This document shows positions 51,156-60,172 of a stretch of 64,000 nucleotides of DNA, one piece after another. The notes under the pieces were generated by a model, which searched no databases, had not been told where the DNA came from, and saw only the letters and a program-made list of their open reading frames with translations. The translations under genes were made by a program, and so were the position numbers. The number at the start of each line of letters is the position of its first letter. Position 1 is the stretch's first letter. This DNA comes from an uncultured bacterium (GTDB lineage Bacteria > Patescibacteriota > Saccharimonadia > Saccharimonadales > 2-12-FULL-41-12): contig CAWIAU010000001.1 in NCBI GenBank assembly GCA_963834265.1, positions 71,572 to 135,571 of the forward strand, given 5' to 3'.

Positions 51156-53072
51156 TTACATGCCAGGGGACAGCCGGTTCTCCAGATCTATTGTGCCGCT
51201 AGCTCCGCTTATTTCGCCGGTCTGCTGGATTTGTCTGACCTCGTCAGGGTTAGTGGTTATGAGTGTCTGTTCAGTCGGACTGGCGGTGATCTGGATGTGT
51301 ACGTGGTTCTGACCGGCAAAGAACAGCCCCTGGCCGACGGGGAACTGGCTGAGGCGCTTACGTTCCTCACTGGTGAGCCGGAAGACATCAGCCAGCACAT
51401 CAACGGCTGACGGCGACTGTTTAAGCAGAATTTGCATGCTGGAGTTAGCCACGATGGCGCGGCCCATACGACTACCCATAAAGTCCTCGACATCCTGAGT
51501 GATAGTCGTTAGTCCCATATTGTATTTGCGGCACCGCTTGGCAATACTGAACAGGAAGTTAGCACTATCCTCGTATTTCATCAGTTGCCATGCTTCATCA
51601 ACTATCAGCAGGCGCTTGCGCTGATCGCCCTTTGTCTTGTTCCAGATGTGATTCAGGACAATATACATGGCTACGGGCCGCAGCTCGTCTTCCAGATCGC
51701 GGATATTAAATACCACCAGCGGATTATTGATATCGATATTGCTTTGCTGAGAAAAGATACCGGCGAAAGTACCGGTCGTATATTTGCGTAATCTTTGGGC
51801 CAGTTGTGGGCCGGTGTTGCCCATATGCAGCAATGTTTCGTACAAGTCGTTAATTGTCGGCGGGATTGAGCTATGCGTCAGCGGATCATTGGTAATCCCG
51901 GCCTTGGCATAGGTTTCGATAAGTGCCGCATCCAGATCAGCTTCTTCTACCGGAGTCAGAGCCGGCATGACCACTCCGGTCCCGCCTTGCATCTGAGCCT
52001 GAGCGCCACCCATCATCAGACGCAGCAAGCCGTGTAAAGTTATCAGGTTGCTGCGAAGAGCATTATCGGCTTCTTCGGTGTCAACAACCAGGGGCAATTC
52101 AAACGGATTAATGCGGGTAGGCGAATTAAGACTCAGCTGTACATATGCTCCGCCGACAGCCTCACACATGCGCTGATACTCATTCTCGGGATCTATGATG
52201 AAGATTTCTGTGCCCAGCATCATGCTGCGGAGTGCCTCAAGTTTGACGGTAAAACTTTTGCCGGCACCGGCTTTGGCAAACACGACAGAATTGCCGTTTT
52301 CAAGCGTGAAGCGGTCAAAAATCACCAGACCGGAGTTATGCATGTTTATGCCGTACAAAATGCCATTCTCCTGTGTCAGGTCGGCACTGGTGAAAGGAAA
52401 GCTGGTAGAAATAGCACCGGTATTCATATTGCGTCGAATCTGTAACTGATCAGTAAACTGCGGCACAGTACTGTTGAGCCCCTGTTCCTGCTGCGAGCTG
52501 GCCGGCTTGGAATAGACGAGTTGCTGACCAAAGATCGATTCAATCTTATGGGTCACAAACTCCAGCTCTTCCATCGAGCCGGCATAGACCGTAAAATACA
52601 ATCCAAAGCGGAAAAATCTCTCTTCGCCAACCTGCAACTTATCCCGCATTTCCTCGGCGTCCAGAATGGCATTTTCTTTTGCAGGGTCGCGCACATGACC
52701 CTTTTCGGCGTCCATCATACGGCCGGCTTCCAGCTGGGCTACCTTTTTTTTCAGATTCTCCAGTACCACCTGACTTTCGACAGGATAGATAAACATCGAA
52801 AGGTCAATAACCTCGTCCAGGTTCACCATACTGCTGAGCCAGCCCGTACTGAGCGAACGAGGGTAGCCGTAGACAAAATAAGTGCGGGCATATCGCGTTC
52901 CGAGCTGAAAGTGACTATTTGAAAATTCTATGGAGCTGGGGGCGATAAAGTCACGTAGAGCCGTAATTCCCTTTTGAAAAGCAGTGGAGACCTCCTGCTG
53001 CTCCCGGTTGCGCTGCGCCTGTGCCAGAGCCGCCGGATCAAGCTGAGGCTTGTCTTTTTTGAACACTCCCAT
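51156..53072 (-). CDS. virB4: Type IV secretion ATPase, VirB4/TrbE/PrgJ family
   Basis: Walker A FAKAGAGKSFTVK and Walker B RKRLLIVDEAWQLM. The N-terminal region FIAPSSIEF..YARTYFVYGYPRSLSTGWLSSMVNLDEVIDLSMFIYP is typical of monoderm VirB4 homologs. Start moved to the ATG at 53072 (MGVFKK), which has AGAGG 9 nt upstream. Confidence 0.85.
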   Translation of the reverse strand: MGVFKKDKPQLDPAALAQAQRNREQQEVSTAFQKGITALRDFIAPSSIEFSNSHFQLGTRYARTYFVYGYPRSLSTGWLSSMVNLDEVIDLSMFIYPVESQVVLENLKKKVAQLEAGRMMDAEKGHVRDPAKENAILDAEEMRDKLQVGEERFFRFGLYFTVYAGSMEELEFVTHKIESIFGQQLVYSKPASSQQEQGLNSTVPQFTDQLQIRRNMNTGAISTSFPFTSADLTQENGILYGINMHNSGLVIFDRFTLENGNSVVFAKAGAGKSFTVKLEALRSMMLGTEIFIIDPENEYQRMCEAVGGAYVQLSLNSPTRINPFELPLVVDTEEADNALRSNLITLHGLLRLMMGGAQAQMQGGTGVVMPALTPVEEADLDAALIETYAKAGITNDPLTHSSIPPTINDLYETLLHMGNTGPQLAQRLRKYTTGTFAGIFSQQSNIDINNPLVVFNIRDLEDELRPVAMYIVLNHIWNKTKGDQRKRLLIVDEAWQLMKYEDSANFLFSIAKRCRKYNMGLTTITQDVEDFMGSRMGRAIVANSSMQILLKQSPSAVDVLADVFRLTSEERKRLSQFPVGQGLFFAGQNHVHIQITASPTEQTLITTNPDEVRQIQQTGEISGASGTIDLENRLSPGM

Positions 53073-53166
53073 CACCAAAGCCTCTTGCTTTGCGCAAATA
53101 GCGAATAGCAATTAGTAGTCAGCTGGTTACCGTAAATTCCCGATTTCAAATTCCTGATAACTTTTC

Positions 53167-54123
53167 TCATTGAATGTTTTTTTCCAGATTAGGCTGCGGA
53201 GCAAATCCGGTGCCCTTAGTTACAATCGGAGCAGTCAGATCATCAAAGTTTTTTAGCTGTTGCCTTGTAGCAGTATCGGGGTTATAGGTATCGTAGTACA
53301 GCTCGATTAGTTCCTGCGTGTCCAGAGGCAGGCCCTGGATACCGCACTGCCCCAGCCCGCCCAGTACGGCTTGTACGCGGTTGCGTAGTTCGGTCTTGGC
53401 ATCTTCCAGCGTTTTCTCGTTTATCACTATGTGGGCGGGAGTATTGTCAAACAATCCCATGACTCCGCTGAGCAGATTTTTGCTGGAAGTCAGTGCCTTT
53501 TGCTCCTGTATTTTTGGAAAAAACGGAATGACAACATAGAAATGCTTATCCATAATATTGGTCTGGGCCGCCAGATTATCGATGTAATTTAAATAGTCAT
53601 CCATCAATAATGCCAGTAGCATATTGTCGTGCTCAGTACGGATTTTATCCAGCTTTTCGATATAAGGGCGCAAGTCAATTTTTTGTGAGCGGATAAAGAT
53701 CTGAATCGGGAAATATAGTGAGTTCAGGAAGCCCTGATAACCATACTCAACGCCCTCGCGTTCCTCGGGACTCATCAGATCAAAATTGATAGACTGAACC
53801 ATTATTACTGAGCGAAATGAACCGTCATTCATGATCACGATACCATCACGGACTTCGGCGATCTGCAAATTATTCTGTGTACTGTTGGGGTTGACTGATT
53901 TGCCGGGGGTAGCGGGGGAAATAATGGGCGCATTGGGGTCGCCCGGAATGAATGAACCGGGTTGCAGGTCCGGTGCGAAGTTCGCACGCGGATCCGGCGC
54001 AAAAACAGGCTGAGATACCTGAGGGCCGGGGTCTGTGTATACTGCCCCCCCGCCAAGAGGAGGCAATGAAGCCTGCCCCGCAGGCTGTGCGATAGTCTGT
54101 TGCTGGGGATCGTTAGGATTCAT
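53167..54123 (-). CDS. Hypothetical T4SS-associated protein resembling a VirB4 N-terminal domain without ATPase motifs
   Basis: 318 aa. After a P/Q-rich N-terminus: LQIAEVRDGIVIMNDGSFRSVIMVQSINFDLMSPEEREGVEYGYQGFLNSLYFPIQIFIRSQKIDLRPYIEKL. This parallels the N-terminal layout of VirB4-like proteins. No Walker A or B motif. Confidence 0.4.
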   Translation of the reverse strand: MNPNDPQQQTIAQPAGQASLPPLGGGAVYTDPGPQVSQPVFAPDPRANFAPDLQPGSFIPGDPNAPIISPATPGKSVNPNSTQNNLQIAEVRDGIVIMNDGSFRSVIMVQSINFDLMSPEEREGVEYGYQGFLNSLYFPIQIFIRSQKIDLRPYIEKLDKIRTEHDNMLLALLMDDYLNYIDNLAAQTNIMDKHFYVVIPFFPKIQEQKALTSSKNLLSGVMGLFDNTPAHIVINEKTLEDAKTELRNRVQAVLGGLGQCGIQGLPLDTQELIELYYDTYNPDTATRQQLKNFDDLTAPIVTKGTGFAPQPNLEKNIQ

Positions 54124-54161
54124 TTTCTAAGCTATAAGTTCCCACACTTTTTAGGGGTGAT

Positions 54162-55265
54162 TTAACGGAGCGAAATAATCACTTCGTTTCTATCGCTTAA
54201 CTGCTGGCTTTTTTTGGCTTGCCGTGCGATAGTTTCTACGCTCAAATCATCGTTCTGTGCCAGATCAAGTATAACAGGAGACTGCGAAGTTGTCATCGTG
54301 CTTGAGGTTTGCGCCGGACCTGTTATTACCTCATGCGTTCCGGTCTCCGCGGAACTCGGTTTCGCGGCTATGGTTGGCGGTGCGACCGGCCCGGAAACCG
54401 GTACTGTGCGAAGCCGCCCGTATGCTTCGTTCCCGACCTGACTCTGCGCGCGCAACTGAGCACTCAATTGTTGTTCTGTGGCATCCGGTGCCGCAAAGGC
54501 CGGCGGTAATGAGTCGCCCGCCGCAGAAGTCGGCAACGAAATGACCGGTGTATGATGCTGCGGTGGTACAAAAGGTACCTCTGGTTGCTGTACGGATTCC
54601 AATGACTCACCGCGCCGGATGCGTTCCATCTTTGCCAGGCTTTCATCACGCCGGATGACGCTGCTGGACTGAATCATCTGGTCGAAGTTAGCGGCGATCG
54701 AGTTCGCTCCGGTGTCCATTACATCGTGGACCTGATTTACGTCAAAATCCGGCACAGATTTTGTCATCATTGATGGGGTGATTAATCGGTCTCCCATACC
54801 GCTAAATCCCATATCCACGGCGGCAGCCGTCAGACTCGAGTTTTTGATCGCCCAGCCACGACTGTCGATTGTCTCTGCCAAAGCCCTCAGCCGGCTCGTA
54901 ACTTCGTTCTGGCTCAGATTATTGGTAAGCTGATGTTCAATAATTTTGGGCACAGTAATTGTAACGAGTTCTTTTACTCCGGACTGGTTCCATATCCGTC
55001 GCTTGGGCTTGATATAAAACCGCATTTTAGCCAATACCCATACCTCAGTCGGCTGATCCTTGCTCCAGGGAATGGCCAGAAATGCGCCCAGAAATGCCGG
55101 TGGCAAAAATATTGCCAGCATCCAGGCGGCATTCTTGGTTATCGCAAAGAAACTCAAATACAAATTTATCGCCGCAATGGCGCCAAATATAAATTGTTTG
55201 AGTGTCAAAGGTCCGAGGAATTTGTCCTCAGCCTCAATGTCCTGCAGAACTTTGTACGTAGCCAT
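54162..55265 (-). CDS. PrgI-family (VirB3-like) T4SS membrane protein with long C-terminal extension
   Basis: MATYKVLQDIEAEDKFLGPLTLKQFIFGAIAAINLYLSFFAI plus a second TM helix, as in PrgI-type proteins of monoderm T4SSs. About 250 additional low-complexity residues follow. Confidence 0.55.
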   Translation of the reverse strand: MATYKVLQDIEAEDKFLGPLTLKQFIFGAIAAINLYLSFFAITKNAAWMLAIFLPPAFLGAFLAIPWSKDQPTEVWVLAKMRFYIKPKRRIWNQSGVKELVTITVPKIIEHQLTNNLSQNEVTSRLRALAETIDSRGWAIKNSSLTAAAVDMGFSGMGDRLITPSMMTKSVPDFDVNQVHDVMDTGANSIAANFDQMIQSSSVIRRDESLAKMERIRRGESLESVQQPEVPFVPPQHHTPVISLPTSAAGDSLPPAFAAPDATEQQLSAQLRAQSQVGNEAYGRLRTVPVSGPVAPPTIAAKPSSAETGTHEVITGPAQTSSTMTTSQSPVILDLAQNDDLSVETIARQAKKSQQLSDRNEVIISLR

Positions 55266-55312
55266 ATAACTTTTCGGTAATCCTTATGCTATTTTATCAC
55301 GACCCGGTCCTA

Positions 55313-55318
55313 TATAAT
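55313..55318 (+). promoter_or_regulatory. -10 element TATAAT upstream of the riboflavin kinase gene (near-leaderless spacing)
   Basis: tataat at 55313-55318 with the ATG at 55327, 8 nt downstream. The -35 is poor. Confidence 0.35.
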
Positions 55319-55326
55319 CTCAGATA

Positions 55327-55746
55327 ATGGGAGCGACTACACATACTGAAATTTCGGGTAAAACTAAGCGTTTCAGCGGCAATGGCCGGGGACTGGGCTA
55401 TCCGACGGCCAATATCAACACAGATGTCGAATTAATTGACGGAGTATATCTGGGGTATGCCTCTCTGGGAGAATTTAAGGATAATCCGGCTATGATTTTT
55501 GTCGGCATACCTGCAACTGTCGGTGATAAAGTCTGGCGGGTAGAAGCCCATCTGCTGGATATTCCCGATCAGGATTATTACGACCTGCCAATAAGTGCCC
55601 GGCTCATTCACTATATTCGCCCCAACCAGACATTCGCGTCTGTCAATAAGCTACAGGAACAAATGAAGGACGACGAAGCCTATGCGAGAAAGTATTTTAA
55701 AGGAGCAGGACCGTACTCCACAATAATTCCTGAGGGCAAGAAATGA
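55327..55746 (+). CDS. Monofunctional riboflavin kinase (RibF C-terminal-domain type, no FAD synthetase domain)
   Basis: GNGRGLGYPTANIN, DGVYLGY, VGIPATVGD..RVEAHLLDIPDQDYYDLPISARLIHYIRPNQTFASVNKLQEQMKDD. Confidence 0.8.
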   Translation: MGATTHTEISGKTKRFSGNGRGLGYPTANINTDVELIDGVYLGYASLGEFKDNPAMIFVGIPATVGDKVWRVEAHLLDIPDQDYYDLPISARLIHYIRPNQTFASVNKLQEQMKDDEAYARKYFKGAGPYSTIIPEGKK

Positions 55747-55872
55747 TGATTTTTGATCACAACAGACAAACTCTGACAAAGCATAGCCATAGCTATGGTG
55801 CGAAAGTGTTTGCCGGGTTGTGGACAAAAAGGGCAGCTTTGGGACCAGAAACTTTATTGTGGAGTACGTCTG

Positions 55873-56460
55873 GTGTTTAGCGGCATTATTACTGATACGA
55901 CAGAGGTGATAAAGCTTGAGAAAGTGCCGGACGGACTCAGGCTTACCTTTAAGTGTCCGGATCATTGGACTGACCTGGTCTTGGGCGAATCAATCGCCAC
56001 AAATGGCGTGTGCCTGACGATTGATGAGGTTTTTGATGATAGTTATAGTGCCACGCTTATCCCTAAGACTCTTCAGATGACTACTTTTGGACAGACTGTT
56101 CCTGGTCGGGTCAATCTGGAGCGTGCGCTGAAAGTCGGCGACCGGATATCAGGACACTTCGTTCAGGGACATGTTGATGATGTAGGAACAATTGCAGAAA
56201 TTGACCAGGCCGAGGGATATACGATTCGGATCAGCTATCCTGAAGATAAGCGGCCTTTGATCGTCGAAAAGGGATCAATCACTGTCAACGGCATTGCTCT
56301 GACAGTTTCGGATATAACTTCCGGCAAATTCTCAGTATCACTGGTGCCGCATACCCTGCAGCAGACGACATTCGGCGACCTGCAGACAGGCGATCTGGTC
56401 AATCTGGAGTATGATGTATTAGGCAAATATATAATCAACTCGATTGAAGCGCAGAGGTAA
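55873..56460 (+). CDS. ribE: Riboflavin synthase (alpha chain)
   Basis: From the GTG at 55873 (GGAG 8 nt upstream): MFSGIITDTTEVIKLEK..GESIATNGVCLTI.. with the duplicated half ..GSITVNGIALTVSD..LVPHTLQQTTF. The track's upstream extension (from 55795) is non-conserved. Confidence 0.85.
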   Translation: MFSGIITDTTEVIKLEKVPDGLRLTFKCPDHWTDLVLGESIATNGVCLTIDEVFDDSYSATLIPKTLQMTTFGQTVPGRVNLERALKVGDRISGHFVQGHVDDVGTIAEIDQAEGYTIRISYPEDKRPLIVEKGSITVNGIALTVSDITSGKFSVSLVPHTLQQTTFGDLQTGDLVNLEYDVLGKYIINSIEAQR

Positions 56461-56463
56461 GTT

Positions 56464-56913
56464 ATGAGACAGTCAGAAACAGGAGATTTTCAACTTTTTG
56501 ATGCCAGCCGATGGAAGATTGGTATCGTCGTCGCGCAGTTCAACCGGGAGATTACAGACAAATTACTGCAATCGGCGCTGACGCGTGCTGAGGAATATAA
56601 GATCCTGTCAGAGAATATTACAGTGGTCAAAGTCGCAGGTTGTATTGAGATTCCTCTGGCATTACAGCTTCTGGCAGACTCCGGAGATTATACCGCGCTT
56701 CTGGCTACGGGCTGTGTAATCCGCGGCGAGACTCCGCACTTCGACTACGTCAACAAGTTCGTCAGCGAAGGCGTATTGCGTGTGACTCTGGACAATAAGA
56801 TTCCCATAGGCTTCGGTGTCCTGACTTGTGATAACCAGGCTCAGGCAAAGGCTCGTCAACATCTCGGTGCGGAACATCTGGATGCCGCCTTACAGCTCGC
56901 TCAGGCTCTCTGA
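56464..56913 (+). CDS. ribH: 6,7-dimethyl-8-ribityllumazine synthase
   Basis: KIGIVVAQFNREITDKLL, VKVAGCIEIPLA, GCVIRGETPHFDYV. Confidence 0.9.
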   Translation: MRQSETGDFQLFDASRWKIGIVVAQFNREITDKLLQSALTRAEEYKILSENITVVKVAGCIEIPLALQLLADSGDYTALLATGCVIRGETPHFDYVNKFVSEGVLRVTLDNKIPIGFGVLTCDNQAQAKARQHLGAEHLDAALQLAQAL

Positions 56914-56989
56914 CCAGCTTCCGGCGAAGAATTTAGGAAAGACTGATTACAGGCTTTTCGTGGAGACAACCCGGATTATCTGACCCTGA

Positions 56990-58153
56990 TTAAGGCCTGT
57001 TACGTCTTGCCAGGCGGCGGGCACGGCGGTCGTTTAGCTCCCGTCTTCGCATACGGTTCAGGTCTATGATCTCCCACTGCATTTTATTGGCGCGGGTTTG
57101 ATTGCGACGTACGGCACGGGTTGATCGACGGCCAAATCGGTCAGTTCCGGCAGCCTGCTCGCCGATTCTCCGGGCTTTTCTGTCAATATACTTATCGTTT
57201 TTTCGGGCAAGCTTGACAGCTTCATTTTCGGCTTTGATATGGCGCCTGGTATATCTCCCTGATTTCTGTCTGGCTGTCCGCCTGGTATCATCCATCAGGT
57301 CATTGTCAGGAACTGTTGTCGTAGACGCTGCTTTATCGTATATAAAATGATAGTGCTTACCGCTACCAACAGTTTTTTGTACAATTTTTGGCTTAGAAAC
57401 ACCTTTAACTACGGCAGGGTATTTTGTGTCATGCGCATCCCGGTTGCCGAATGCAGCGGTTTTGCGCATAGTTTTGATTTGTTTGTGCCGTGACTTTCGA
57501 ATATTATGCGCTACTTTGTTGGCACGTTTTATCTGGTGTCCTGTAACGGGCACGCGGGATTGATCCGGCAAACTGCCTTCACGGCGTGCCAGGGCCATTT
57601 CTTTGCCCGATTCCAGGGAATCTTCTTTGGCTTTCCACCGCTTTTCCGCTCGGTCCCGGCGCGTAGCCGCAATATGCTTATGCAAACCGATTATTCCGAG
57701 TCTGGCCGCACTGCCTGTCTCGTCGTAGGCGTCTTTGCCGGCTTCTGAGGTTTTCTTTGCAGCGCGCTTGCCCTGGTCGACGGCTTTATCTCCATGCCAG
57801 AAGGCTTCGTATGCGACTTTTCCGGCTACAACCTTGCTGCCAGCCGCTAAATTGCTGCCGGCGTCCTGCACTTTATCGGCCAGCTTATTGGCGGTCCAGA
57901 GAGTGGTGTAGGCTACCTTGCCGGCAGCGTCTTTAATACCGGGGGCTACGGCAATGGCTATCGTTTCGCCGCCGGGAACACCGCGATGGGCACCGTAGGC
58001 TACTGCCACCGTAGTTGCAAGTGCAATTAAGCCTATTTGGGTCGGATCAACATTTAATGCATTCTGCCCTGCTTCAGGTCCTGCTAATCCGGGATCGATG
58101 CCCGGCGGCGACAGCATTTCTGTGACTGGTAACTGTTTTGGTATTTCTGACAT
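56990..58153 (-). CDS. Hypothetical protein: Gly/Ala-rich N-region with one TM and an extremely Arg/Lys-rich C-terminal half
   Basis: 387 aa with TM IGLIALATTVAVAYGA and an internal duplication AGKVAYTTLWTANKLADKV / AGKVAYEAFWHGDKAVDQG. The C-terminus ends RRRELNDRRARRLARRNRP. It is the last gene of the operon containing the VirB6-like gene. Confidence 0.45.
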   Translation of the reverse strand: MSEIPKQLPVTEMLSPPGIDPGLAGPEAGQNALNVDPTQIGLIALATTVAVAYGAHRGVPGGETIAIAVAPGIKDAAGKVAYTTLWTANKLADKVQDAGSNLAAGSKVVAGKVAYEAFWHGDKAVDQGKRAAKKTSEAGKDAYDETGSAARLGIIGLHKHIAATRRDRAEKRWKAKEDSLESGKEMALARREGSLPDQSRVPVTGHQIKRANKVAHNIRKSRHKQIKTMRKTAAFGNRDAHDTKYPAVVKGVSKPKIVQKTVGSGKHYHFIYDKAASTTTVPDNDLMDDTRRTARQKSGRYTRRHIKAENEAVKLARKNDKYIDRKARRIGEQAAGTDRFGRRSTRAVRRNQTRANKMQWEIIDLNRMRRRELNDRRARRLARRNRP

Positions 58154-58222
58154 AACATATCTAGGATAGCATACATAAGCACTTATGTCAATTCGATGTA
58201 TTGATACTAAATAAAATTAAGG

Positions 58223-60169
58223 TTAAGGAGCTTCTGGCGGTCTTTGCCCAGCAAGTTCGCTTTGGTACTCACGGCGTACTGACTGGAAGTCTGCATTGCC
58301 TCGCGCAGCCGTGATAGCTTGTGAGTAGCTTATTGTACCTGTTAATCTGCTGGTTTGGACGCCATGTTCATCAGTCTGAACTAATGCTGGCGCAAGAAGT
58401 GCTCTCATCTCGGGAGTTAGAGTAGCTATATCAATCTCCTGGCTCAGAACTTGGTTGGAGAATTCCTGAGCATTCTGGTCAGAAGCCTGCGATGCGGCAT
58501 CGTAACGGTTGGCCAGGATAGCCAGCTGGGTAGCGGCCGTTCTTTGATCCCCGCTAGCCAATGCTGCGTTGGCATTTTCCAACATTACGGGCGCAAGTTG
58601 GGTAATTGATTGTATTCTGCCCAGCACCGCCCGGGAGCCATTGCCACGCAATGAGGATTGCAGGATTTCGTGGGATACCTGATCGGCAGTATGTGTTTCT
58701 ACTCCACCGGCAGCTACAGCATCGAGAGAAGCTTTGCGCTGGCTCATTTGACTGGCGGAATCGGTGAAGCCGCCGTAGAGGTCCAGACGCTCGGCGTTCT
58801 TAGCGCTCTCGCGCATTTCCTGTAGCATGCGGATTTCGGTCGTTTCGTCGCCGCCGGAGGCATCCAGAATCATATCTACCATCTGGCCGGCATTAACGAT
58901 ACCGGTACCAGTACCGGGCATGGCCCGCGTAGCGGCGATGCGGTAGGCAGCGGTGCTGGTGCCTTTTCTGGCATCCATGATTTCTGCCACGGCAGCATTC
59001 ATCTCTGCGGAGTTGCGATCAGTACCAAAGCGATGTCCGACATGGTTGCCATCATGATCCACAAGATGCCCTCTCTGCCACAGTTGTTCGCGAACGGCCG
59101 CTTCGCCCTCCTGCAAACTAGCCCATAGCTTATCGTCATCTCCGCTAATGCGCTGGAACTTAGTGTCGGTCTTGGCGTAATCGGTTGCAGCATCGAAGGT
59201 AGCTCCCCCTGTTAGGGATCCGCGCCTCTGTGCGTAACCCTGCCGGAAACCCTGCCCCCGGCTGAAGCTTCTGACTCCATGGCTCAGGCTGGGAAAAACG
59301 GTGCCGGCTGTCAGGCCACCGGTTTTGCGAGTGGTGCGGGCTCTTGCGGCCCGGCGTCCCAAAAAGCTGTTTTCGTTCTCTGTGGATTTTCTGATTCGCT
59401 GACGCAGACCACCGGAAGCTTTGCCGGTCTGGCCCTGAGCAATGTCGTGCATGGCTCCCAGTACGCCGCCGGCGAATTTGAATGCAAATGGTATCAGGAA
59501 TAGCGGAGCATATATAACAATGATACCCGTCATAATCATGGCCAGACCAGCGACCCCGGTTACGCTGCTTTTTGTAGCCCCATCCAGAATTATTGCCGCC
59601 AGGACATCTGACATGGTGAAGATGGCGGCAATGATCGGATAGACCATCAGTGTCTTCAGAAATATACTCCACCACTGGCGGAAAAACTTCTCTGTCCCGG
59701 GCAATACGAACAGGGCGATAGCTATAGGCGCGACAATGATCAGAAATACCAGGAGGCCCTGGCGGATGATAACGGTGAATAATACTGCCAGAGAAACCAG
59801 GGCAACAGCTACAATCACGCCCAGAATAAACGGGAGCAGGCCGCCAATCAATGCTATACCCTCCGCCGCCACAGTAGTACCGCCCACGGCCGCGGCAGCA
59901 AACAGGCTTCCTACCAGGGCATTAATGCCCACGGCTCCGGCTACAACACCGCCCGCAGCGGTGGCTCCGTTGCTGACATTGTCTTTGAGCTTGATATCGA
60001 AAATCTCAGCCTCCTGGAAAGGAGTGATCAATAACTGACCTAAACCTCGGCCGACGATGTTGGTCAGGTCTACGGCTGCCAGGCACAGGTAAATTGAGAT
60101 GTTGACAGCTATAACAGCGATCAGCAGGCGCGGGGCCATTTTGCGCAAAGTGTAGGCATCTAACTGCAT
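58223..60169 (-). CDS. TrbL/VirB6-like polytopic T4SS membrane protein with soluble C-terminal domain
   Basis: 648 aa. The N-terminal ~250 aa hold about 6 TM helices (LLPFILGVIVAVALVSLAVLFTVII, LLVFLIIVAPIAIALFVLPG, WWSIFLKTLMVYPIIAAIF), an architecture typical of VirB6/TrbL. Called from architecture and context only. Confidence 0.55.
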   Translation of the reverse strand: MQLDAYTLRKMAPRLLIAVIAVNISIYLCLAAVDLTNIVGRGLGQLLITPFQEAEIFDIKLKDNVSNGATAAGGVVAGAVGINALVGSLFAAAAVGGTTVAAEGIALIGGLLPFILGVIVAVALVSLAVLFTVIIRQGLLVFLIIVAPIAIALFVLPGTEKFFRQWWSIFLKTLMVYPIIAAIFTMSDVLAAIILDGATKSSVTGVAGLAMIMTGIIVIYAPLFLIPFAFKFAGGVLGAMHDIAQGQTGKASGGLRQRIRKSTENENSFLGRRAARARTTRKTGGLTAGTVFPSLSHGVRSFSRGQGFRQGYAQRRGSLTGGATFDAATDYAKTDTKFQRISGDDDKLWASLQEGEAAVREQLWQRGHLVDHDGNHVGHRFGTDRNSAEMNAAVAEIMDARKGTSTAAYRIAATRAMPGTGTGIVNAGQMVDMILDASGGDETTEIRMLQEMRESAKNAERLDLYGGFTDSASQMSQRKASLDAVAAGGVETHTADQVSHEILQSSLRGNGSRAVLGRIQSITQLAPVMLENANAALASGDQRTAATQLAILANRYDAASQASDQNAQEFSNQVLSQEIDIATLTPEMRALLAPALVQTDEHGVQTSRLTGTISYSQAITAARGNADFQSVRREYQSELAGQRPPEAP

Positions 60170-60172
60170 AGT

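Noticed and set aside
51141-51410. 89-aa plus-strand ORF at the VirB4 3' end
   Set aside because: It is antisense to the VirB4 C-terminus. No start context or motif supports it.
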